In this document: piece after piece, positions 27,914 through 35,465 of the stretch | How the letters are laid out: each line of letters opens with the position of its first letter | How positions within the stretch are numbered: position 1 is the stretch's first letter | Source: a virus | Taxonomy: Duplodnaviria > Caudoviricetes | Strand: one strand, 5' to 3' | Virus record (IMG/VR): IMGVR_UViG_3300017649_000186 | Span: 1 to 44,807 of that record | DNA length: 44,807 nucleotides | Translations under genes and position numbers: made by a program | The notes under the pieces: model-generated | Told to the model about the DNA's origin: nothing | The model's input: only the letters and a program-made list of their open reading frames with translations | Database searches by the model: none

Positions 27914-28129
27914 ATGCGCATCAAGGAAATCACTGATCAGAACCGCCGCGATTTCACAGCAATCTATGAATGCGAACATTGTGGCGGAACAGAACGCGGG
28001 TACGGTTACGATGACACGAATTTTCATCACAACGTAATTCCGGCGATGAAATGCACTTCCTGTGGCAAGTCAGTAGCCGACAATTATAGGCCACTGACCA
28101 CGAAGTATCCTGACGGAATGCAAGTCTGA
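27914..28129 (+). CDS. Small Zn-ribbon protein
   Basis: CEHC...CTSC; GGAG RBS. Confidence 0.65.
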   Translation: MRIKEITDQNRRDFTAIYECEHCGGTERGYGYDDTNFHHNVIPAMKCTSCGKSVADNYRPLTTKYPDGMQV

Positions 28130-28156
28130 TTATAGCTGTAATGGTGTCGAAAACTG

Positions 28157-28192
28157 AAAACCCCGCCACGTTTTGCCAGCGTGACGGGGTTT
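28157..28192 (+). terminator. Probable terminator hairpin
   Basis: AAACCCCGCCACG...CGTGACGGGGTTT. Confidence 0.55.
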
Positions 28193-28271
28193 GCTCATTA
28201 AAGAGCCATCCTCGCAAAAGGATAGCCGTTTATATCTGGCTGGCGTTGCGCAATCAATCGGAGTGCTGATA

Positions 28272-28616
28272 ATGGCCGACGAAATCCACGAAACAGAGAT
28301 GGAAGTCGTGACAGACAACATTCCGCCTGCCCGAGACGCGCCCGATCATATCCGCTGCAAGTGGTGGCGTGAGAACATTATGAAGCTGTCACGCCCGAAA
28401 CTGGCCGAACTGACAGGTTTCTCGCAGTCCACGATTGCCGACATTGAGGCCGGTGTTAACCGCACCACGAAAGCGCCTATCGACCCATCAGTCATGCAGC
28501 GCTATCGTCTGGCGTGTGCTGCTGTGGCGCTTGGTGCGCAATTCGATTGGCTGTCGTTGAGCGTGGTCCCCACAGTGCCGGTCGAAATCAAGATGATTGG
28601 GCATGTGACGCCGTAG
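28272..28616 (+). CDS. XRE-family HTH transcriptional regulator
   Basis: LSRPKLAELTGFSQSTIADIEAG HTH; GGAG RBS before ATG 28272. Confidence 0.8.
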   Translation: MADEIHETEMEVVTDNIPPARDAPDHIRCKWWRENIMKLSRPKLAELTGFSQSTIADIEAGVNRTTKAPIDPSVMQRYRLACAAVALGAQFDWLSLSVVPTVPVEIKMIGHVTP

Positions 28617-28623
28617 GTATGAT

Positions 28624-29013
28624 ATGAAGAAGATGCTTGCCGCTTTCTCCCGCAAGGTCGCAGGAGATACCAAACAATCAGCGTTCGAATTGGATTTTAT
28701 GGCGCGCTTGGTCGATCATATTATCCGCATATTCACTGCGTTGGGGTTTGTTACGGGGCTGATACAACTCAGAAAGATACATCCGGACAATGTTGTCCTG
28801 ATCGGTCTGTTAAGCATTATAGGATTTGCGCTGTTTTACTATTTGATGTTCATCATCCACCACGTAACAGTGAGAGCTGGCGAGGCAATCAATATCGACG
28901 TGAAAGCGCGTAAGATAATCGCTTTTGTTACCACAACAGCCTTCAGCATAGCCATTGTGATGTATCTGGAGAAAATCGGAGACTATCTGTCCGAAATCAA
29001 TCTATTCGGATGA
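28624..29013 (+). CDS. Membrane protein with three TMs (moron-like)
   Basis: Three hydrophobic segments; AT-rich coding sequence. Confidence 0.6.
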   Translation: MKKMLAAFSRKVAGDTKQSAFELDFMARLVDHIIRIFTALGFVTGLIQLRKIHPDNVVLIGLLSIIGFALFYYLMFIIHHVTVRAGEAINIDVKARKIIAFVTTTAFSIAIVMYLEKIGDYLSEINLFG

Positions 29014-29035
29014 AAAGCCCCGGCGAACCGAGGCT
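29013..29035 (-). terminator. Terminator (UUCG tetraloop hairpin plus U tract) ending the ncRNA/tRNA transcript
   Basis: AGCCTCGG-TTCG-CCGGGGCT-TTT on the minus strand. Confidence 0.7.
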
Positions 29036-29283
29036 GACACAGTGGCCTACCACCATACGGATAAGATCAGAACGGGCCGGGGCTGCTGCGCCGACACTTA
29101 TGCCTCGACGCTTTCAGCGCCGCCGTTCTGATTTTTGCCCTAGTCGGCGCTCTTTCGAGCCGTCTGGCTACGAGGACTTCCCCAGACCCGTTCTCCAACC
29201 ACGGCTATCTTCGCTGGCCGTCAGCTACTTGCGAGGAACGGACGGACCTCCCCATCCTTCACGGCTTTCACCGCCTCGCATCC
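29036..29283 (-). ncRNA. Candidate large structured ncRNA domain (GOLLD-like context)
   Basis: Nested helices: TGCGAGG/CCTCGCA, ATCAGAACGG/CCGTTCTGAT, GTCTGG/CCAGAC, GCTC-GAAA-GAGC and two (T)GAAA-capped stems; no credible ORF; directly 3' of a tRNA. Confidence 0.6.
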
Positions 29284-29358
29284 TGGTGCCGACAGTAGGA
29301 TTTGAACCCACAGCCTCCGGTTTACAAAACCATTGCTCTACCGTTGAGCTATGTCGGC
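29284..29358 (-). tRNA. tRNA-Thr(UGU)
   Basis: GCCGACA-TA-GCTCAACGGTAGAGC-A-ATGGT-TTTGTAA-ACCGG-AGGCT-GTGGGTTCAAATCCTAC-TGTCGGC-A-CCA cloverleaf. Confidence 0.88.
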
Positions 29359-29363
29359 GTATT

Positions 29364-29424
29364 TGGCGCTGTGGGAGGATTTGCACCTCCCGGCGACTGG
29401 CTTGGCGGCTCAGTCTCCTGCAAC
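29364..29424 (-). ncRNA. tRNA-like module without a D arm
   Basis: GACTG/CAGTC hairpin, T-arm-like GGGAGG-TGCAAAT-CCTCCC, ends ACAGCG-CCA 5 nt before tRNA-Thr. Confidence 0.45.
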
Positions 29425-29443
29425 TTGCACCCACTTAGGTGAT

Positions 29444-29938
29444 TCATACCACATCTGCATGTTTCTTACGAGGCCGACGCGGCAGATCGACGAGAACAAT
29501 CCCCACGCGAAGACCGCCAAGCCATAGCGGGAACGTCTCTGGGCCCATCCCACGGCCCTGAGGGCGCCCGTAGTTTTCCAGCTTGCTCGTATAGCCTTCC
29601 TGCATGCCAGATTGCGCATCGAGTTCCATGCTCGACATATGCAGATCGTCACGACGGCGCACCATGGCATCAATAAACTGCTGATAGTCGGTGATGACGC
29701 CCGAGCAGGGTTTCAGGCCGTGAATCCGGCTGTCGATGTCAGGATCGACACCACCGCGCTTTGCATCCCACTTGTCGAGTTCATATTCGCTGAAATACGG
29801 GCGACCCGAGATTTTGACGGCTGCCGGGAAATCAGCCTCTCTTTTCTGCCAGTTGTAGACCGTGGCGCGAGATACGCCGTAACGCTCGGTAATATCGCCA
29901 ACACTCAAATATTTCTGGTTCTTTTGCCGCGTCGCCAT
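29444..29938 (-). CDS. AlpA-type HTH protein with a second HTH-like domain; candidate late activator
   Basis: YLSVGDITERYGVSRATVYNW...FPAAVKI (AlpA/Xis-like); C-terminal MSSMELDAQSGMQEGYTSKLE (XRE-like). Confidence 0.7.
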   Translation of the reverse strand: MATRQKNQKYLSVGDITERYGVSRATVYNWQKREADFPAAVKISGRPYFSEYELDKWDAKRGGVDPDIDSRIHGLKPCSGVITDYQQFIDAMVRRRDDLHMSSMELDAQSGMQEGYTSKLENYGRPQGRGMGPETFPLWLGGLRVGIVLVDLPRRPRKKHADVV

Positions 29939-29987
29939 GTCTAAACCTGTCTAATTATGTCAATTGCCATCGAATTTATGCCGTTCA

Positions 29988-30536
29988 TCACCACGGGATT
30001 TTTTCGTCGTCCACGGGCGGCTTGCTGGTTATTGGCTTGGCCGGAGCATGCACCGTGGCGGTTTTCGCTACCCAGATCGCGCCGTCTGGATATGCACGGC
30101 GCCTAGAGCGATCCAGCCATGTGCCGTGATCGACATTCATGTCGATTATTTCTCCCTTGGGAGTAATTTTGACCGTTGGAGCCGACATCTTGCGGAAATT
30201 GACGACTTCTTCTCGCGATTTCGCTTTTTCGCGGTCATTGCTCAGTTCTGAATAGATCGGCTCGAGCTCCTTGCGGATTGCTGCCGACAGTTCGGGAGCC
30301 CTAGGGCAAAACTGTTTGCTCTGGCCGGGAACCGTGCCTCGGATAAACGCATGAACAACTTTGCCAACTGCCCATTCAGGATATCCGTTGATGGCGATCG
30401 TGTAGCCTTTGAGGACCGCGACGGGATCATCGCCGCCCTTCTGGGGCAGTGAGGCGAAAAGCTGGTGCAGATGTTCCGTGATTTCCCCCGGAGTAGCTGG
30501 TTTCAATCGTGGATCGGTTTTCGCTATCTGGTTCAT
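29988..30536 (-). CDS. Replication-associated protein (helicase-loader-like position)
   Basis: YPEWAV...FCPRAPEL motif; immediately downstream of the initiator. Confidence 0.55.
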   Translation of the reverse strand: MNQIAKTDPRLKPATPGEITEHLHQLFASLPQKGGDDPVAVLKGYTIAINGYPEWAVGKVVHAFIRGTVPGQSKQFCPRAPELSAAIRKELEPIYSELSNDREKAKSREEVVNFRKMSAPTVKITPKGEIIDMNVDHGTWLDRSRRRAYPDGAIWVAKTATVHAPAKPITSKPPVDDEKIPW

Positions 30537-31326
30537 CGTTCTGCCTGTCGGTCATCTGGCGCAGCAGCGCGCCGGTAAGGTCGGCCATCATTGCGGGCTG
30601 TTGCCCGCCGGGCGGCGCGTGACCGCGAGGAACTTGCGCCGGTGCATCTGCCCAGCGTTCCTGGTTCAGCCACGTCGACGGATTGCACCAAGCGCGGTCA
30701 TCAGTCTTGGAGACGTAAGCCCGTAGCCCAGCCATGATGGTTTCGAGATCGGCTTTTGCTCTGGCTTTGATGAACGCTGTACGGGCTACGGGCTTGCCGA
30801 CCTTATTCGGATAGATCGGCCAGAAATGGCTTTCGAACTCGTCCACGAAATCGCGCTCGCGCGTTTTTTTAATATCTACGTCAGTAGATATATCTGGTAT
30901 CTGGTATCTGGCTTCTGGTTTATGTGCGCGCGTGGTTGAACCCTCGTTCAACTCCTGTTCAACGTCCGTTGAATTCTGCCATTGATTTTGCTTCCTTTTT
31001 TCAGCGCTGGCTTTTCCGGCGCGTTTTCCTACCTCTGACTTTTCCGAGAGGTAGACCTTCTCTTTTTGCACGCGATCATTCCAAAGACCGGCATCAGCAC
31101 GCGTAATTTTTCCATCGTCGATCAGAGTGTCGAGAGCCTTTTTAAATGCTGAATTTGAGGTCCCACATAGGCGGGCAAGCCGCGCATGATCTTCTGGGAT
31201 TGGCTCGCCGCGCTCATACATTGTGGCAACGAGCGTGATATAAACACCGGTCTCTACAGCGCTCATTCCGCGCGTTCCCGCAAGCCAGTCTGAAGGGAAG
31301 AAACGCACCCATGGCATCTTTGTCAT
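30427..31326 (-). CDS. Phage replication initiator, YdaU/DUF1376 family
   Basis: PWVRFFPSDWLAGTRGMSAVETGVYITL N-terminus; FW..YPNKVGK...NPSTWLNQERW C-terminus. Confidence 0.82.
   Translation of the reverse strand: MTKMPWVRFFPSDWLAGTRGMSAVETGVYITLVATMYERGEPIPEDHARLARLCGTSNSAFKKALDTLIDDGKITRADAGLWNDRVQKEKVYLSEKSEVGKRAGKASAEKRKQNQWQNSTDVEQELNEGSTTRAHKPEARYQIPDISTDVDIKKTRERDFVDEFESHFWPIYPNKVGKPVARTAFIKARAKADLETIMAGLRAYVSKTDDRAWCNPSTWLNQERWADAPAQVPRGHAPPGGQQPAMMADLTGALLRQMTDRQNDEPDSENRSTIETSYSGGNHGTSAPAFRLTAPEGRR
30872..30973. repeat. Iteron-like repeats within the initiator gene (putative ori)
   Basis: TATCTGG x3 plus CTTCTGG (30891-30918); ATATCTAC/GTAGATAT inverted repeat; GTTGAA/GTTCAAC repeats. 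Confidence 0.55.
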
Positions 31327-31481
31327 CGGTTGCCGTCCAGTGACCCAAAACGAGCCTTCCTGCGCTTTTCATGGCTGCGAAGGATATGAAGCATCCTCAG
31401 CACTTCAGCCTCGGATTTGCGCATGTGTTTTGCGATCTGGAGGGTGTCGCGGCCACGGCGAAATAGCTGGAGAACGGTCAT
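31323..31481 (-). CDS. Small HTH-like protein
   Basis: LFRRGRDTLQIAKHMRKSEAEV; start and stop coupled to neighbours. Confidence 0.55.
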   Translation of the reverse strand: MTVLQLFRRGRDTLQIAKHMRKSEAEVLRMLHILRSHEKRRKARFGSLDGNR

Positions 31482-31801
31482 TGATCGAGCTCCATTTCCC
31501 AACGCTGTTTGCGGCAAGCCGCCGGTTTCCTGCGCTCGACAACCGTAACGACGATTCCGTCATCAATGATCGCTGTGAAGCCCTCAGAAACCATGCGATT
31601 GAAGCCCAGACGGCACGCACGTTCGACGTTTGGCGTCATGATGATGGCGCGTATCTGATCGATCGTGAGGCCAGCAGCTTCGCAGAATATCTCTGCGCGC
31701 TCATACGGGCGCGATCCTTTTGGCGGATAGCACTTTATGCCCAGAATACGGCTGCAATAGCGCTCAACAGCGTGAAAGGTGACGGGATGATACTGTATCA
31801 T
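31478..31801 (-). CDS. Hypothetical protein
   Basis: VTFHAVERY...IVVTVV; translationally coupled. Confidence 0.6.
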   Translation of the reverse strand: MIQYHPVTFHAVERYCSRILGIKCYPPKGSRPYERAEIFCEAAGLTIDQIRAIIMTPNVERACRLGFNRMVSEGFTAIIDDGIVVTVVERRKPAACRKQRWEMELDQ

Positions 31802-31893
31802 CGTTTTGCCTCCCGATCCCGCCAGTCATAGCCGGATTCCAGAATGCGCATCACAGCAGCGTCGAATAGTTCCTCGAAAGCGGACTGGCTCAT
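31798..31893 (-). CDS. Small hypothetical protein (31 aa)
   Basis: MSQSAFEELFDAAVMRILESGYDWRDREAKR; ATGA overlaps on both sides; GGAGG RBS. Confidence 0.5.
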   Translation of the reverse strand: MSQSAFEELFDAAVMRILESGYDWRDREAKR

Positions 31894-32420
31894 GCGACCT
31901 CCTTCACAGCGGGGCCTATAAAGCGCGGTCCGTCGACGTGTTGATTGTGGAAGCGCGCCCACATGGCGTTGTCTTTGCCGGTATGTTTCGATCCCTCAAT
32001 CCACTTGACGCGACCGACAGAAACAACGTGAGAACAATGCTTGATGAATGGCGCTGCTTGTTTGGTGTGGAGCCAATCAGCGTCGAAAATCAGCCAGGTC
32101 GGCGCAATACGCATAAAAAGCGTGATCATTGGATGCAGGAGATCGCGACGCCACGGACAATTGGTAATGATTGCATCAAAGACAGCATCGGCTTCAAAGC
32201 GGTGTGTCAGCGCGTCATAACCATAGGAAATATCGCCCTCATAGGTGCAGACGAGGCCATGCTTTTGCAGATGACCGACGAGAGCGCCATTTCCTGCACA
32301 CGGTTCCGCGAATGTGGAAACGCCATGCAGATGAGGGATGAGAGGAAGAACCGCCGAATATGGCGTCTCATAGAAATCGCGCTCGCGGCGCACAAAGCCA
32401 CTTGATCGCTTTCCCATCAC
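31890..32420 (-). CDS. Small SAM-dependent DNA methyltransferase (amino-MTase-like)
   Basis: DFYETP, EPCAGNG (motif I), IITNCPW (motif IV variant). Confidence 0.75.
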   Translation of the reverse strand: MMGKRSSGFVRRERDFYETPYSAVLPLIPHLHGVSTFAEPCAGNGALVGHLQKHGLVCTYEGDISYGYDALTHRFEADAVFDAIITNCPWRRDLLHPMITLFMRIAPTWLIFDADWLHTKQAAPFIKHCSHVVSVGRVKWIEGSKHTGKDNAMWARFHNQHVDGPRFIGPAVKEVA

Positions 32421-32947
32421 GCCGCCCTCGCAATCGACTTCGCAGCGGTGACGGCAGCACGTTCGGATTCCGTGCCCTTGCCGATTGACCGGCTATAGTG
32501 AACCTCGCAATACGGCTTCTCTGGCATTGCCTCGCAGCCGCAGAACAGGAAGACGCCGCCTTTCGGCACGTCATTCACTGGCCAGTGGCAGCCACCGGTG
32601 GGAATGTTGTGCAGTTCAACGCGGAGGGAGTTGGCGTCATACAGCGATGCGGCGATGTCAGGCCGGACAACTTCGGCAGCTTCTTCGACCGCTACAGCCG
32701 CTTTCTTGGGCTTCTCGGGACGTGGCGCCTTCTCACGACGAAGGCGGGCGACCTTATGCGCACGATCTTCACCTCCGCGAGGTGAGCGTGAAAAGCCGAT
32801 TTCAGCCAGATCAGCACGGCGACCGACAAGCCCGATAACAGCATTACGGCTGACACCATCGAACTTTGCGGCTATCTGGCGAGCGGAAAGACCATCGCGC
32901 AGCATCTGCGCAATCTGGTCCAAATGTCCTTCGTACCAAAATGTCAT
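32417..32947 (-). CDS. gcrA: GcrA-family cell-cycle regulator homolog
   Basis: GLSARQIAAKFDGVSRNAVIG HTH; C-terminal CHWPV...FCG...PYCEVH. Confidence 0.88.
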   Translation of the reverse strand: MTFWYEGHLDQIAQMLRDGLSARQIAAKFDGVSRNAVIGLVGRRADLAEIGFSRSPRGGEDRAHKVARLRREKAPRPEKPKKAAVAVEEAAEVVRPDIAASLYDANSLRVELHNIPTGGCHWPVNDVPKGGVFLFCGCEAMPEKPYCEVHYSRSIGKGTESERAAVTAAKSIARAA

Positions 32948-33010
32948 CTTGGGAGCCTCACATTTAGATCGAATTGGCGGAGCGCCGCGAACGGCGTTCA
33001 ACAAACCCGA

Positions 33011-33436
33011 TCAGGCAATCGGTGCCTGGATGCCTTCGAGGGATTCGAGCGTGACGCGCAGGCCGGGCTTATCGCCGTAAACCTTGAAAACAGTCGTGAC
33101 CGCACACTGCGCATCATCGACGAACGCGATCTTGTTCATGCTGTCTTTGACAATCTTCGCGATGTTGTCGCCGTCTGGTTTGGTGGATTTCCAAGCGCCG
33201 TCGGGAGAGGCAAGGCGTTTCTTTGTGACAGTCTTCGGCCAAGGATAAACGGCGGCGATAGTGAGGCGAACCGGCCCTTCAAACAGTGGCCGGTCGCTCA
33301 TCGCCTGCGAACAGAAATCGCGGATCACGCCCATGTAGTTGCGCTGTTTTCCCGGCGTGAATTGAACTTTGCCGTGTTTGCCAGCGCGCGCCCACGGAAC
33401 TACATCACCCGGAACATGGAACGTGATCCCGTTCAT
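33011..33436 (-). CDS. rusA: RusA-family Holliday junction resolvase
   Basis: KPDGDNIAKIVKDSMNKIAFVDDAQ motif. Confidence 0.88.
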   Translation of the reverse strand: MNGITFHVPGDVVPWARAGKHGKVQFTPGKQRNYMGVIRDFCSQAMSDRPLFEGPVRLTIAAVYPWPKTVTKKRLASPDGAWKSTKPDGDNIAKIVKDSMNKIAFVDDAQCAVTTVFKVYGDKPGLRVTLESLEGIQAPIA

Positions 33437-33696
33437 TAAGCCATCCCCAACGCTTCACAGTAAAGTTGGAGCATCGCTTCTTCTTCTTGGCGCTCGTGGT
33501 CTTCTTTCTTGCGCAGACGGATGATGGTGCGAACGATCTTGCTGTCGAAACCGCTGCCCTTTATCTCGGCGTAGACTTCCTTGATGTCGTCGCCGATGGT
33601 CTTCTTTTCTTCTTCGAGACGTTCGATACGCTCGATAAATGCACGAAGCTGGCCAACCGCAATCGTCTGGGCTTCACTGGTAATACTGTCGCTCAT
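33436..33696 (-). CDS. gapR: GapR / DUF2312 (UPF0335) nucleoid-associated protein homolog
   Basis: [36 protein letters not shown]...LY..ALGM. Confidence 0.9.
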   Translation of the reverse strand: MSDSITSEAQTIAVGQLRAFIERIERLEEEKKTIGDDIKEVYAEIKGSGFDSKIVRTIIRLRKKEDHERQEEEAMLQLYCEALGMA

Positions 33697-33830
33697 TTCT
33701 TGTTTGCTCCATCGCGTTTGAAAATGTCCTGTTGCACCCGACGCTTGGCCGCGAGCAAAAGGAACTCGTTGAATTTCATGAGTTGGCGGCAAACCCAGAT
33801 GAGGCCCGCCGTAAGAACGTGTCGGATCAT
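33693..33830 (-). CDS. Small hypothetical protein
   Basis: Coupled [15 protein letters not shown]... Confidence 0.45.
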   Translation of the reverse strand: MIRHVLTAGLIWVCRQLMKFNEFLLLAAKRRVQQDIFKRDGANKK

Positions 33831-34204
33831 TTCGAAAACTCCGCTTTGAGGGATGCCAGCTGCTCGGCCTGCCATTTCATGCGCTGTTCAAGTTCAGCGA
33901 TGTGCACGCCGCGTTCGAAGTCGCGCCACCAACGGGTATCGGCGCCATCCATGATGGATTGCAGCAAATCGAAACCAACGTCAGAGCGGAGAAGATTGAT
34001 AAGCGCGTCGGCGCCAGGTTCGGTACGGCCTTCAAGCCATAGCTCGGCTGCACGTTGAGAGATTTCGGCACGGCTGGAGAGATTGATCGCGGTCTTCGAC
34101 GGCCAGAGACGCCGAGCCATGTTGCACACGGCGTCAACACAGCGAATCCGCTTTCGGTTCTTAGCGAATCCTGTCCCAGCAAAAAGGGGCAATGATGCAG
34201 ACAT
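33827..34204 (-). CDS. CII-like regulator
   Basis: [33 protein letters not shown]; directly downstream of cro. Confidence 0.6.
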   Translation of the reverse strand: MSASLPLFAGTGFAKNRKRIRCVDAVCNMARRLWPSKTAINLSSRAEISQRAAELWLEGRTEPGADALINLLRSDVGFDLLQSIMDGADTRWWRDFERGVHIAELEQRMKWQAEQLASLKAEFSK

Positions 34205-34434
34205 CAGGAAACAGCCTGTTGTTGAGAAGTCGAGCGTGTTGGGATCAAATCTTCATAGAAATCGTTGGCGGTCACTTCGCCGCCAGTCGCTTCATAGATG
34301 CGCCGCATCGTATGCGGACGAGGAATGCGCTCGCCGCTTTTCAGCTTGCGCAGCCCAGAGACAGACATGTCGATAGATGAAGCAAAAGCTTCATCATCGA
34401 TCCCGGTGAGTTGTAAATAACGGTGCAGCTTCAT
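34204..34434 (-). CDS. cro: Cro-like repressor
   Basis: 76 aa XRE HTH with ATGGEVTANDF; divergent from cI. Confidence 0.8.
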   Translation of the reverse strand: MKLHRYLQLTGIDDEAFASSIDMSVSGLRKLKSGERIPRPHTMRRIYEATGGEVTANDFYEDLIPTRSTSQQQAVS

Positions 34435-34442
34435 GGTGTGAC

Positions 34443-34540
34443 ATGTTCCCCAATGTGGGTAACTTTGTCAAGCTAATCTTCCACAAATCGGGGAAGGACA
34501 CCAAAGGCGCGATTAAGTAAAGGTTCCCGCTATGGGTAAC
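34443..34540. promoter_or_regulatory. OR operators and PR promoter
   Basis: GTTCCCCAATGTGGGTAAC (34445-34463), CTTCCACAAATCGGGGAAG (34478-34496), GGTTCCCGCTATGGGTAAC (34522-34540); minus-strand TTGACA-17-GAACAT. Confidence 0.75.
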
Positions 34541-35095
34541 AATCTTCGCAAACTGAGAACCGAACGCGATTGGACGCACGAGCAGGCCGCCGAAGCCATG
34601 GGTGTGTCGCGCAGTCAGTTCATCAAGTTGGAGCGTGGAGAACGTCAGCTTACGGCAGAATATATTCGCCGAGCCGCAGAGGCTTTTAACGTTTTAGAGA
34701 AGGATGTATTCTCTACTACGCTCACGGCTCCACTCGTCGGATATGTTGCAGCAGGATCGGAAGCACATTTTTTTGACGCCCAGGGACCGTTCGAGGAGGT
34801 CCCGATGCCTGAGAATGGCACTGAACATACTGTAGCCGTAGAAGCCCGAGGCGACTCTCTCGGCCCATTCTTTAATCGTTGGCTCGTGTATTACGATGAG
34901 CTTCGCACGCCTCCAACGCCGGATTTGATCGGTCAACTGTGTGTGGTCCAGCTTCTTGACGGGCGCACACTCGTCAAAAAATTGATGCGCGGATCGCACC
35001 CCGACCTCTATCATCTGTTGTCCCAGACCGAGAGCCCAATTGAAGATGTCGAACTTTTGTGGGCTGCGCGGGTGACCTCTATGGCGCCGCGGTAA
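34532..35095 (+). CDS. cI: CI-like repressor (XRE HTH plus S24 peptidase)
   Basis: N-terminal HTH; VAAG cleavage site, GDS serine, VKK lysine. Confidence 0.88.
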   Translation: MGNNLRKLRTERDWTHEQAAEAMGVSRSQFIKLERGERQLTAEYIRRAAEAFNVLEKDVFSTTLTAPLVGYVAAGSEAHFFDAQGPFEEVPMPENGTEHTVAVEARGDSLGPFFNRWLVYYDELRTPPTPDLIGQLCVVQLLDGRTLVKKLMRGSHPDLYHLLSQTESPIEDVELLWAARVTSMAPR

Positions 35096-35338
35096 TCATT
35101 TAAGCAGGCGACCCGCAACAACTATCGCGATAGGCACGCCCCAGACGGCCGCGAAGAAAAAAATGACTGACCAGTTATATTTCGACCGACGAACGGATTC
35201 GAATGCTGCTTTCCTTCGGTAAGCGCCTTTCACATATTCCGTCATGAAGTACGGAATGAGCAGCATAGCGGCAATGATCACCGTATAGATCGCTATCGTT
35301 ATGATGGCGTCTGTTTCTGGCGAAAGTCCAAAGCGCAA
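35096..35338 (-). CDS. Small membrane protein with two TMs
   Basis: Two hydrophobic segments; GGGAG RBS; convergent with cI. Confidence 0.55.
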   Translation of the reverse strand: MRFGLSPETDAIITIAIYTVIIAAMLLIPYFMTEYVKGAYRRKAAFESVRRSKYNWSVIFFFAAVWGVPIAIVVAGRLLK

Positions 35339-35394
35339 ATTTGTCTCCCTGTGATTTTCTCAAGGAAATCATAGGCGTGCTTTGAAATTTCGAT

Positions 35395-35439
35395 GTTACC
35401 CAAATTGGGGTTGACAATATTACACATATTGGGGAATAT
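35395..35439 (+). promoter_or_regulatory. OL operators and PL promoter
   Basis: GTTACCCAAATTGGGGTTG and ATTACACATATTGGGGAAT; TTGACA-17-GAATAT. Confidence 0.75.
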
Positions 35440-35465
35440 GCTTTCCAACAAGGAGGGCATTACCC

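Noticed and set aside
27332-29013. A named anti-phage defence or toxin-antitoxin system
   Set aside because: No recognisable nuclease, NTPase, TIR, RT or toxin motif; kept only as an uncharacterised cassette
29010-29438. 142 aa (+) and 69 aa (-) ORFs over the tRNA/ncRNA locus
   Set aside because: They overlap a canonical tRNA and structured RNA, have no RBS and have atypical composition
34513-34527. CtrA box upstream of cI (TTAA-N7-TTCC)
   Set aside because: Only a half match, and it overlaps a CI operator that already explains the sequence
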